Source: Chitinophagaceae bacterium
GTDB taxonomy: Bacteria > Bacteroidota > Bacteroidia > Chitinophagales > Chitinophagaceae
DNA length: 55,811 bases
NCBI GenBank assembly: GCA_036376375.1
Contig: DASVAM010000291.1
Location: 1 to 55,811, forward strand
Direction: 5' to 3'
Made by a program: the position numbers and the translations under genes
In this document: piece by piece, positions 48,501 through 55,811 of the stretch
Position numbering within the stretch: position 1 is the stretch's first letter
How the letters are laid out: every line of letters starts with the position of its first letter
Notes under the pieces: generated by a model
Seen by the model: the letters and a program-made list of their open reading frames with translations, nothing else
What the model was told of the DNA's origin: nothing
Database searches by the model: none

Positions 48501-48888
48501 GAGTTGGACCCTGCAAACTGATTCGGCGGTAAAATATTATTCGGGGACCGCTACGTACCAGAACAGTTTTGTTATTGACTACGAAAAATGGAATTCAGTA
48601 TCACTTGTGATCGATTCAATTTATAATATTGCAACGATCAAAGTAAATGGAATTAATTGTGGTACTCTTTGGACCCGACCTTATGAACTGGACATTACTA
48701 ACGCAATAAAAAAAGGAGAAAACAAAATTGAAATTGAAGTCACCAACACCTGGCGAAATTGGCTAATATTGGATGAACAATTATCACCGGAGAAAAGAAT
48801 GACGTATTTTAACTCACCGTATAAATTAAAAGATAAACCGTTGTTGCCTGCCGGGCTTGCTGGAAACGTAAGAATGTATATAAGATGA
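45577..48888 (+). CDS. GH106-like alpha-L-rhamnosidase (large secreted glycosidase with C-terminal galactose-binding-like domain)
   Basis: 1103 aa. Signal peptide '...SLPVFAQQ'. 'PPESAKPWVFWYWLHGAVSKKGITADLEAMKQVGIGGAYLMPI' is the N-terminal signature I associate with GH106. C-terminal 'YYSGTATYQNSF...IKVNGINCGTLW...NKIEIEVTNTWRN'. Confidence 0.65.
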   Translation: MLSVKKHFLISICLLVTSLPVFAQQPKTVDLIEKTFLIPPESAKPWVFWYWLHGAVSKKGITADLEAMKQVGIGGAYLMPIKDTSSAIPFQPQVRQLTPEWWAMVKFAMQEAKRLKLQLGIHVSDGFALAGGPWITPELSMQKLVWTKTYISKGFTGKINLEQPESYNGFYKDVAVFAYPANSSSPFNDVVLVPTVTASNGTKPQFLSFHDPDNKETFRSDTNCWIQYKYPEPFTCRSIRIHEGTNNYQAQRFIIQKSDDGVNFISVDTLHPPRHGWQDWELPYTHAIKTFTAKYIRLEWKKEGTEPGSEDLDAAKWRPVLRVRGIYLSDEPVINNYEAKNGSVWRIAAKTTTDEVSESDAVAQNKIINLTGKLSATGSLNWTPAAGNWVIARIGHTSTGAVNSTAGGGKGLECDKFSIEATSLQFNDWFGKFYTKTDPALAKQVIKIFHVDSWECGSQNWSKNFAAEFKRKRGYDLLPYLLVMTGTPIDNAETSEKVLHDVRQTIAELVNDKFYATLKNLAHTKGVLFSAESMAPTFVSDGLMHYKHVDIPMGEFWLNSPTHDKPNDMFDAISGAHIYGKNIVQAEAFTTLRSDWGEHPGNLKALGDRAFASGINKLSLHVFMHNPWMDKKPGMTLDGIGLFYQRDQTWFKQSKAWIEYLTRCQALLQLGKPVVDIAVFTSEETPRRSILPDRLVNTLPGIFGKEIVEAERKRLQNEGQPMRTIPDGVTHSANMANPENYIDALQGYSYDCFNPDVLMQMKVLNGRVITPGGASYAVLIIPGKHPMNPNGTMSAAILNKLKQLANAGVKIIIGQEHIKSFNGNKNIVVTSYRDTSFLKFGVQKDLAVRKGNIAWTHRKSGDSEIYFISNQSDSLQPVELSFRITGKRPEIFDPVTGLISGCITLPLEKGRRNVFLSLEARQAIFIVFSRKEETFESGGWTVHSSGGIPFNEDWKISFKKNNGAPLLSVSPDALKSWTLQTDSAVKYYSGTATYQNSFVIDYEKWNSVSLVIDSIYNIATIKVNGINCGTLWTRPYELDITNAIKKGENKIEIEVTNTWRNWLILDEQLSPEKRMTYFNSPYKLKDKPLLPAGLAGNVRMYIR

Positions 48889-51182
48889 AATGTGGATTGC
48901 TGATATTACTTTATTCATTTATTAATATCTCATCAAAAGGGCAGGTCCCGAACTATGATATTGTCTGGACCACGCAAAGTAAAGATGCATCTGAATCAAT
49001 GCCCTGTGGCGGTGGAGACATTGGATTGAACGTGTGGATTGAAAATGGCGATCTGCTGGTGTATGCAGCACGCAGCGGCAGTTTTAATGAAGACAACAAC
49101 CTGATGAAGGCTGGAAGAGTTCGGATAAAACTTTCACCAAATCCTTTTAATGGAAAAATTTTTAAGCAGGAATTACATCTGCAGGAAGGTTATATAACAA
49201 TTAATGGAGAAAATAATGGCGTGAAAGCGACAGCAAGGATCTGGGTAGATGTATTCAATCCTGTCGCGCATTTCGATATAGCTGCTAATAAAAAGATTAG
49301 TGCAGAAGCTATTTATGAAAGCTGGCGATATAAAGACAGGCTGATCACAAATCGGGAAAACTTCTCCAATTCATGGAAATGGGCGCCACCTAAAAACAAA
49401 ATGTATGCTAAGGATGAGATAAGTTTTAGTAGCGGCGGAGTATTATTTTATCATAATAACGGAGAAAGAACAAATTTTGACACTACCGTTTCGCAGCAGG
49501 GAATGGATGAGGTAAAAGATCAGTTATACAACCCTCTTAAGAACCTTGCCTTTGGTGGATTGTTCCGTGGAGAAAATTTTATCGATGCAGGAACTTATGA
49601 TGGTGTATATGAGCAAACCGATTTCAGGGGATGGAAATTGAAAAGCAAGAAAGCCGCAAAGTCACATTCACTTATTCTTGCATTGCATACTGCACAGTCA
49701 AAGGATTTTGGACAATGGCATCAGTCGCTAAAATCTATTTTGATTGAATCAGCTAATAAAAATGTATTTTCAAAAACACAACAATGGTGGAAGGAATTCT
49801 GGGGCAGAAGCTTTATCCAAATAAACAAAGCCGATACTTCATCCCTCGCATGGAAGATTGGCAGAAATTTTCAGTTGTTCCGTTATATGCTGGGTTGCAA
49901 TTCTAACGATCGATGGCCAACAAAATTTAACGGTGGTCTGTTTACAGTTGATCCTAATCACACTGATACTGCCAATAAAGGTTTAACGCCGGATTACCGC
50001 AACTGGGGTGGTGGTGTTCACACAGCACAAAATCAGCGACTGGTTTATTTCCCGATGATCAAAAATGGGGACTGGGACCTGCTGCAGCCACAATTAAATT
50101 TTTACCTGCGCATTTTAAAAAATGCCGAATTGCGAAGCCAGGTTTATTGGAATCATGGCGGAGCCTGTTTTTCTGAGCAAATAGAAAACTACGGCTTACC
50201 GAATTATGCCGAATATGGAACAAAGCGCCCGGATAATTTTGATAGAGGAGTTGAATACAATGCATGGCTGGAATATGAATGGGATACCGTATTAGAGTTT
50301 TGTCTGATGATGCTGGAAGAAGAACAATATACAGGCCGTGATATCAGCGACCGTATTCCCTTTATTGAAAGCTGTGTTCGGTTTTTTTATGAGCATTATT
50401 ATTATGAAAGCAAAAAAAGAACCGCCAGGCCGTTTGACAATGCAGGCAAATTAACTTTCTATCCCGGAAGTGGTGCTGAAACTTATAAATTGGCGACCAA
50501 CTCAACTTCCACGATTGCTGCCTTACGAACTGTTATTGATCGTTTACGGGCTTTGCCGGAAAAATATATCTCTGCCGGCAGCCGGAATGATTATGACAGT
50601 CTATTAAAAAGAACACCTGCCATCAGTTTTACAAGCTTTAAAGGGTATCCAACTATTGCACCTGCCAAATCATGGGAGAGAATAAACAATACGGAATCTC
50701 CCCAGTTGTATCCCGTTTATCCATGGGGATTATATGGAGTTGGTAAACCCGGATTAAATACCGCGATCAATACATGGAGATATGATACGAATGTTGTAAA
50801 ATTTAAAAGTCATGTTGGCTGGAAACAGGATAATATCTGGGCGGCAAGATTGGGATTGACAGATGAAGCATGGAAACTTACTCAATTAAAATTTGCAGAT
50901 GCACAAAGACGGTTTCCCGCGTTCTGGGGACCGGGTTTTGATTGGGTACCGGATCATAATTGGGGTGGGAGCGCCATGATCGGTTTGCAGGAAATGCTGC
51001 TGCAGGTCGATGATAAAAAAATATTCTTACTCCCTGCATGGCCAAAAAATATTGATGTGCATTTTAAATTGCATGCTCCCTTTAAGACCACTGTAGAAGC
51101 CGAATGGAAAGACGGGAAACTGGTATTGCTAAAAGTTCTCCCCGAACAAAGAAAGGCCGATGTGGAGGTGATGATGAAGTAA
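48885..51182 (+). CDS. DUF5703-type putative glycoside hydrolase (secreted)
   Basis: ATGA overlap with the upstream gene. 'YDIVWTTQSKDASESMPCGGGDIGLNVWIENGDLLVY' resembles the DUF5703 N-domain seen in glycan loci. Function is unassigned. Confidence 0.5.
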   Translation: MKCGLLILLYSFINISSKGQVPNYDIVWTTQSKDASESMPCGGGDIGLNVWIENGDLLVYAARSGSFNEDNNLMKAGRVRIKLSPNPFNGKIFKQELHLQEGYITINGENNGVKATARIWVDVFNPVAHFDIAANKKISAEAIYESWRYKDRLITNRENFSNSWKWAPPKNKMYAKDEISFSSGGVLFYHNNGERTNFDTTVSQQGMDEVKDQLYNPLKNLAFGGLFRGENFIDAGTYDGVYEQTDFRGWKLKSKKAAKSHSLILALHTAQSKDFGQWHQSLKSILIESANKNVFSKTQQWWKEFWGRSFIQINKADTSSLAWKIGRNFQLFRYMLGCNSNDRWPTKFNGGLFTVDPNHTDTANKGLTPDYRNWGGGVHTAQNQRLVYFPMIKNGDWDLLQPQLNFYLRILKNAELRSQVYWNHGGACFSEQIENYGLPNYAEYGTKRPDNFDRGVEYNAWLEYEWDTVLEFCLMMLEEEQYTGRDISDRIPFIESCVRFFYEHYYYESKKRTARPFDNAGKLTFYPGSGAETYKLATNSTSTIAALRTVIDRLRALPEKYISAGSRNDYDSLLKRTPAISFTSFKGYPTIAPAKSWERINNTESPQLYPVYPWGLYGVGKPGLNTAINTWRYDTNVVKFKSHVGWKQDNIWAARLGLTDEAWKLTQLKFADAQRRFPAFWGPGFDWVPDHNWGGSAMIGLQEMLLQVDDKKIFLLPAWPKNIDVHFKLHAPFKTTVEAEWKDGKLVLLKVLPEQRKADVEVMMK

Positions 51183-51371
51183 TGTGTTTAAAGTCTTTCG
51201 CCTGCGTCTCAATTGAAATTTATCAGAAATTTCCTCCGATGCTGTCCTTTCACAGACCATATTCCCCCACGAATGATGGCAAAACAATCACTCGTCTGTC
51301 CCGCCCCTGACTGTTTGTTATCTTAGTTTAAAACTTTTCTGTAATTTACCTTTTTGTATTGCTTGTATCAT

Positions 51372-52292
51372 ATGATAAAAGATAAAGATCATAAAGAAGG
51401 CTCCTATAAAAACGTATGGTATGGATTGGGAAGACAACGGATCGAGATCCCGAAAAAGATACTTAAATCCCGGGTGCAGGGTAATTTGCTTTTAAAACAC
51501 CTTCATATTTGTTCCATCGGCTATTATCCAAAAGCAAAAGATCACTATACGTATAGAAAAAAAGGCTTGCCTGAAAATTTCCTTTTTTACTGTGTGGACG
51601 GACATGGGTGGTATAAGATAGGTTCGCAACGCTACGAGGTGGGCCCAAATGAATTTTTCATATTGCCACAGAACACGGAGCATGCTTACGGCAGCGACCT
51701 TGATCACCCCTGGAGTATTTACTGGATACATTTTGGCGGAGATTCATTACCGGAATTAAACAAGATGCAGGTTGTACAGAATCATTTCAAACCACATTAC
51801 GTAAAAAACAATGGCGACATTATTTCCCTTTTTGCTAAAATTTATAAAACACTCGAGTTGGGTTATAGTATCGATAATCTATTATTTGCAAATATGTGCC
51901 TTTCAGAATTTCTTACGCTCTTTATTTATAATTCACGGCACTATGAACCGGCCGCAACTGATAAGATTGACTGTGTCGACAGTGCAATTATATATATGCA
52001 GGAGCATATCAATGACAATATTTCATTAAGTGATCTCAGCAGCCAGTATAATTATTCCGTTTCCAGGTTCTCCAACCTTTTTAAACAAAAAACAGGTTAT
52101 GCCCCGATCGATTATTTTGTGCAAATGAAAATGCAAAAGGCATGTCAGCAATTGAATTTTACGAACCGCTCAGTAAAAGATATTGCATTTAGTATGGGAT
52201 TTGACGATCCCTATTATTTCTCCAAAAGATTCAGAACGGTAATCGGTATGTCGCCCAAGAAATACAGGGCGATGAACACTTGGAACCAGTAA
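51372..52292 (+). CDS. AraC-family transcriptional regulator (cupin sensor + HTH), candidate regulator of the island
   Basis: N-terminal cupin-like 'FFILPQNTEHAYGSD...WSIYWIHFGG'. C-terminal AraC HTH 'SLSDLSSQYNYSVSRFSNLFKQKTGYAPIDYFVQMKMQKA...IAFSMGFDDPYYFSKRFRTVIGMSPKKYR'. The ATG at 51372 is preferred over the TTG at 51354. Confidence 0.85.
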   Translation: MIKDKDHKEGSYKNVWYGLGRQRIEIPKKILKSRVQGNLLLKHLHICSIGYYPKAKDHYTYRKKGLPENFLFYCVDGHGWYKIGSQRYEVGPNEFFILPQNTEHAYGSDLDHPWSIYWIHFGGDSLPELNKMQVVQNHFKPHYVKNNGDIISLFAKIYKTLELGYSIDNLLFANMCLSEFLTLFIYNSRHYEPAATDKIDCVDSAIIYMQEHINDNISLSDLSSQYNYSVSRFSNLFKQKTGYAPIDYFVQMKMQKACQQLNFTNRSVKDIAFSMGFDDPYYFSKRFRTVIGMSPKKYRAMNTWNQ

Positions 52293-52381
52293 TTGAAAAC
52301 ATCGATTGTTCGATTTCTTATTCCTTTGATTTCAAAAGAAACAAAGAAACCTTGTTTGCATCATTGTGCCTGACGATACGA

Positions 52382-53023
52382 TCACATCGGTTGAACAGCA
52401 AGTGATGTTTTTTGGTGTGATAAAACAGCACGCTTAGTCATCTCATTCACGATCAGCTTTCCATATTCGTTTGCAAGCGATTCAGCCGACGAAGCATCAA
52501 ATGACTGAGTTTGTGCGGAATAAAGCAATTCTTTTGAATTAAGATCATAAAAGTTGCTTTCCCAAAAATATTTGGTGCTTTCCTCAAAATAGCCTGGTTC
52601 ATAGATCCGTTCATACATCGTGGAATAGTATTCCCACCACTGGGGGGGATACTTATCTCTGCCCAAAAAATAATTTCTTTCCCTTGTCTTGTTGAGCAGA
52701 ATAATGGTCAATACCGCATCAATATCGCCTCCGCTCAATTTTTGTAATGCCTCAGCCTCTTTCATATTTTCAAAGGCTTTGGGGTCATATTCTTCGCAGG
52801 AGCAGATGGCATCATAACCCAGGTTCTTCAGATCCCTTACGATATGAGTTTCAATTTTTTCCCTGAGTGCACCGCTTCTTTCATGAAGAAGACCTAAGAC
52901 CAATATCTTTTTATGTTTTTTTTGTTGAACATCGGGAGCTGTCCACATGCTTGTGACCCGGCTGGTTGTGCAGCTGTTTAGAATGAACAAAATAGCAAGT
53001 AAGATCTTACTTAGCTGTTTCAT
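52382..53023 (-). CDS. Lipoprotein of unknown function, paralogue A
   Basis: 'MKQLSKILLAILFILNSC' lipobox. Shares most of its length with 54290-54949, e.g. 'GYDAICSCEEYDPKAFENMKEAEALQKLSGG' against 'GYDAICSCDEYGPKAFENIKEAEALQKLSGG'. Confidence 0.6.
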   Translation of the reverse strand: MKQLSKILLAILFILNSCTTSRVTSMWTAPDVQQKKHKKILVLGLLHERSGALREKIETHIVRDLKNLGYDAICSCEEYDPKAFENMKEAEALQKLSGGDIDAVLTIILLNKTRERNYFLGRDKYPPQWWEYYSTMYERIYEPGYFEESTKYFWESNFYDLNSKELLYSAQTQSFDASSAESLANEYGKLIVNEMTKRAVLSHQKTSLAVQPM

Positions 53024-53071
53024 AAAATAGGGTTTGATCACTCTAAATTAGAATGGATCTGGCGGGAAAGT

Positions 53072-53087
53072 CTTGACATGAGTCAAG
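53072..53087. promoter_or_regulatory. Palindrome cTTGAC-N4-GTCAAg in the divergent lipoprotein/USP promoter region (candidate Crp/Fnr-family operator)
   Basis: 'cttgacatgagtcaag' is a perfect 6+6 inverted repeat. It resembles the TTGAT-N4-ATCAA class of sites. Confidence 0.3.
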
Positions 53088-53229
53088 GCAAACATGGATT
53101 CTCGTCAATGGTTATCAAACAGGCATTTTTATTGCGCCATGGAAGATACGCCAACCCGATAATGGTGCTTCCTGAGAGCTATCACCGCTCAGTTTGAGAT
53201 TTATCACTTCATCTTAATTGAAGCAACAG

Positions 53230-53237
53230 TAAGTTTG
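53230..53237 (+). promoter_or_regulatory. Candidate Bacteroidota -7 promoter box (TAnnTTTG) for the USP gene
   Basis: 'TAAGTTTG' lies 14 nt upstream of the ATG at 53252. Confidence 0.4.
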
Positions 53238-53251
53238 ATAAAACAATTATC

Positions 53252-54088
53252 ATGAAAAAGATCATTGCAGCGTTTGATGGTCTGAAATATTCTGAGAGCA
53301 CAAGCACCTATGCGGTGCAAATTGCAAAAGGAGTCGATGCGCACCTTGTTGGTGTATTCCTGGATGATCCGTTGTATACAAGTTATAAGATATATGACCT
53401 GGTAGCAAATGGAGGTGTCTCGGAGAAGAAATTGAAACGATTTGATCGGATCGATGCCAATAAAAGAAAGAAAGCAGCTGAACTTTTTGAGTCAGTTTGC
53501 GATGATGCCGGGATAAATTTTTCAGTTCATCATGACCGCGGTTTTGCATTACAGGATCTTATTCACGAGAGCGCCTACGCCGATCTTCTGATAATTGACG
53601 CTGATGAAACTTTTGGTCATCATGATGAGAAACAGCCGACGAGATTTATCCGGGATGTGCTTGCCGATAGTCATTGTCCTGTAATGTTGGTGCCACATAA
53701 ATATACTGACATCGAAAAGGTGGTCTTGCTTTATGATGGCGAGCCCTCAGCGGTCTATGCGATCAAAATGTTCAGTTATTTGCTGCCGCAGTTCAAAAAT
53801 CTGAAACCACACCTTCTCTCCATTAAGATGATGAACCAAAGTTCCAAATTGCCGGATAATGCGTTAATGAAAGAATTCATGTCCAGACATTTTCCGAAAG
53901 TGGATTATAAGGTTATTAAAGGTTTTGCTGACACTGAGATTCTGAAAACTCTTAAAAGTTTTGGTCCAAACGTATTGGTGGTTTTGGGAGCCTACCAGAG
54001 GAGTGGAGTTTCCCGATGGTTTCATGAAAGCATGGCGGATACATTACTCAGAGAGACGAAATTGGCCTTGTTCATAGCACATCAATGA
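53252..54088 (+). CDS. Universal stress protein, tandem-domain (UspA family)
   Basis: 278 aa in two ~135-aa halves. 'KKIIAAFDG...YAVQIA' starts domain 1, 'CPVMLVP' closes it, and 'VLVVLGAYQRSGVSRWFHESMADTLL' is a USP ATP-loop-like end. Confidence 0.75.
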   Translation: MKKIIAAFDGLKYSESTSTYAVQIAKGVDAHLVGVFLDDPLYTSYKIYDLVANGGVSEKKLKRFDRIDANKRKKAAELFESVCDDAGINFSVHHDRGFALQDLIHESAYADLLIIDADETFGHHDEKQPTRFIRDVLADSHCPVMLVPHKYTDIEKVVLLYDGEPSAVYAIKMFSYLLPQFKNLKPHLLSIKMMNQSSKLPDNALMKEFMSRHFPKVDYKVIKGFADTEILKTLKSFGPNVLVVLGAYQRSGVSRWFHESMADTLLRETKLALFIAHQ

Positions 54089-54289
54089 TCCCCATAGCGT
54101 AAAGTGGAGCGTGACAAATCGGTAACTGAGCTAATAAGAAATACCGTCGGAAATTCTACATAAAAATTCAGTGTCCTGTCGAAGGTATAATGGCTGCCAT
54201 GCAAAACTCAAAGTCATTACCAGCCACTATCTTCCTGATTTGGACTACCGCTTCTTTCTTTTATAAATCCTTTTTCAAAAGCGAGACCC

Positions 54290-54949
54290 TCACATTGGTG
54301 GTGCCATTACAGCTGAACTTTGAATTGATAACACAGTTTTGTTTTTCATATCATTTACGATCAGTTTGCCGTATTCATGTGCCAAAGATTCAGCAGAAGA
54401 AGGATCGAATGACTGAGTTTGTGCAGAATAAATCAATTTTTTAGTATCAAGATCATAAAAATTACTTTCCCAGAAATATTTTGTATCTACAGCATAGTAA
54501 CCGGGTTGATAAATTCTGTCATACATGGTCGAATAATAGCCCCACCAGTGATTATGATAAACGCTGTACGGAGAATAATAAACATGGTTTGGAACATAAT
54601 ATCGTTCTTTTGTTTTGTCAAGAAGTACCACCGTCAACACCGCATCAATCCCCCCTCCGCTAAGTTTTTGTAAAGCTTCAGCCTCCTTGATATTTTCAAA
54701 AGCTTTCGGACCATATTCATCACAGGAACAAATCGCATCATACCCGAGAGCTTTAAGATCGCTCACTATATGGGCTTCCATCTTTTCTTTAAGAGCCCGG
54801 TCTTTTTCAAGGAAAAGACCAAGCACCAATACCTTCTTGTATTGCTTCTGCTGAACGTCAGCTGCTTTCCAGGAACTGGTAATCCGGCTGGATGTGCAAC
54901 TGGAAAAGATAAATGCGACAGCAAGAAATATTTTTAGTAGCTGTTTCAT
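54290..54949 (-). CDS. Lipoprotein of unknown function, paralogue B
   Basis: 'MKQLLKIFLAVAFIFSSC' lipobox, 219 aa. Collinear with paralogue A, including 'KYFWESNFYDL' and 'YSAQTQSFD.SSAESLA.EYGKLIVN'. Confidence 0.6.
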   Translation of the reverse strand: MKQLLKIFLAVAFIFSSCTSSRITSSWKAADVQQKQYKKVLVLGLFLEKDRALKEKMEAHIVSDLKALGYDAICSCDEYGPKAFENIKEAEALQKLSGGGIDAVLTVVLLDKTKERYYVPNHVYYSPYSVYHNHWWGYYSTMYDRIYQPGYYAVDTKYFWESNFYDLDTKKLIYSAQTQSFDPSSAESLAHEYGKLIVNDMKNKTVLSIQSSAVMAPPM

Positions 54950-55136
54950 AAAAATGGTTTAGATAACCTAAATTAGAATTTACCGCAGAGGTGGAGGATG
55001 ATGGGGGTCAACGTGGTCGAAGACTATTATCACTTATTTCAGCTTCCATTTTCCCGTTTCCTCTGCTGGTGTTTACTATGCCGCCTGGTTCAGTTAAAAC
55101 GAAATTTTTATCTATCCGATTTTTTCTTACAAAAGA

Positions 55137-55287
55137 TACGGGATGTCTCAAGACTATTTTCTCGCAGCGATCGCAGCGAAAGCAACGACGTAAGGATTTG
55201 AAAGTAAGTTGCTTTCGTTGCGCGGTTTTTCACGTTGTCCCGCCTGAGGCGGGATGAAAATAAATTAGGTTTTTAAGACATCCCGTA
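55137..55287. repeat. Nested palindromic element (12-bp perfect outer stem enclosing two inner hairpins)
   Basis: Outer stem 'tacgggatgtct' (55137-55148) pairs with 'agacatcccgta' (55276-55287). Inner hairpins: 'cgaaagcaac' (55177-55186) with 'gttgctttcg' (55208-55217), and 'tcccgcc tga ggcggga' (55238-55254). 'ttttctcgcagcgatcgcag' also occurs as 'ttttctcgcagcgttcgcag' at ~21245. Confidence 0.65.
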
Positions 55288-55357
55288 GCCGGCTTATTTA
55301 CAGGGATCTTTAAGATCGCTATAGCGTAAAATCGGATCAGTCAAAGAGCAACGCTGC

Positions 55358-55609
55358 CTATACTTTATTCATAAGTTTACGCACAAGCAGGGTGGCGGCA
55401 AATGAGAGAGTTTTCTTTAATATACTTTCATCTTTGCTCCGTTGCCCGCAGGATTTACCATTCCATAGCCGTTCTCCAAATAAACCCGGGAATGATAACT
55501 CATGTTTTAGATGTTGCCAATCTGAGCTGATTTGACCTGTCAATTCTTTTTCCCGCTGTTTCAGTCGTCGCTTTGTCTTTTGTAAATGCTTTATGTTTTT
55601 AATCTTCAT
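55358..55609 (-). CDS. Small hypothetical protein (coiled-coil/basic N-terminus)
   Basis: ORF 'MKIKNIKHLQKTKRRLKQREKELTGQISSDW...'. Overlaps the stop of the upstream (minus-strand) membrane-protein gene. No family recognised. Confidence 0.35.
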   Translation of the reverse strand: MKIKNIKHLQKTKRRLKQREKELTGQISSDWQHLKHELSFPGLFGERLWNGKSCGQRSKDESILKKTLSFAATLLVRKLMNKV

Positions 55610-55811
55610 CATCGTCATCATCATCTTTAGCCATTTGTGATAGTATAGAATTCATGATCGGCATCCTGACCATTTTTTCTTTCAAAGCCAGGATGACCAA
55701 AGCCGCCAATAAATAAATACCACTTACAATAAGAAAGCCAGCCCAGGTGCTTCCAACAAAACCAGCAAGAAAATAAGCCAGTGCAATACCAAAAAAAATA
55801 ACAACTAAGAT
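55599..55811 (-). CDS. Small membrane protein, 3' part only (N-terminus outside the window); holin-X/YqjE-like by appearance
   Basis: Reverse frame is open to the window edge: '...ILVVIFFGIALAYFLAGFVGSTWAGFLIVSGIYLLAALVILALKEKMVRMPIMNSILSQMAKDDDDDDED*'. Two TM helices and an acidic tail. Confidence 0.45.
   Translation of the reverse strand: MLVVIFFGIALAYFLAGFVGSTWAGFLIVSGIYLLAALVILALKEKMVRMPIMNSILSQMAKDDDDDDED

Noticed and set aside
54991-55257. 88-aa and 67-aa ORFs in the 54950-55357 gap
   Set aside because: They are encoded by the nested palindrome/repeat region and are low-complexity ('SRSDRSESNDVRI' type, also seen in the repeat at 21245-21300). They have no plausible start context.

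Overview
This 55.8-kb window looks like a Bacteroidota chromosome. Secreted proteins have signal peptides ending in AQ/SQ or lipoprotein Cys, there are TAnnTTTG-like promoter boxes, classical SD use is sparse, and many genes show ATGA/TGATG stop-start overlaps. I call 38 CDS and 1 pseudogene. 33 CDS lie on the + strand in two long co-directional blocks (1-23520 and 26206-52292).

The content is a glycan-degradation island of the rhamnose / pectic side-chain type:
- two GH2, two GH78-like, one GH106-like and one GH127
- an Asp-box sialidase-fold enzyme
- a beta-helix enzyme fused to a rhamnose-mutarotase domain
- DUF3826, DUF5703, an (alpha/alpha)6 enzyme and a beta-propeller enzyme
- five inner-membrane importers (ribose-type ABC, three Na+/solute symporters, one BASS)
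- a terminal AraC regulator

Two cytoplasmic sugar-acid modules are embedded in the island and are the most interesting part:
- (i) Two DapA/NanA-type aldolases, an Fe-ADH, a PdxA2-like dehydrogenase and a DUF1537 kinase, bracketed by two symporters and preceded by the sialidase-fold enzyme. I propose this is a route for the RG-II keto-deoxy acids, with Dha going via D-threonate to DHAP.
- (ii) A RuBisCO-like protein, a second DUF1537 kinase, a Gfo/Idh/MocA oxidoreductase, a single-Cys Asp/Glu-racemase-like protein and a BASS carrier, next to GH127/GH78. This is branched-sugar (apiose/aceric acid) type chemistry.

Between the two blocks sits a decayed GxxExxY gene inside an ~640-bp cassette bounded by inverted repeats, followed by a small-ORF + SRAP (YedK/HMCES-like) pair. 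The 3' end carries two paralogous lipoproteins flanking a tandem universal stress protein.

Intergenic spacers are built from a few families of short palindromic repeats. Several of these run into coding sequence and supply signal-peptide cores, C-terminal tails or start-codon contexts.

I saw no SusC/SusD, rRNA, tRNA, CRISPR, transposase or integrase. All family calls come from motif recognition by eye, not from database searches.
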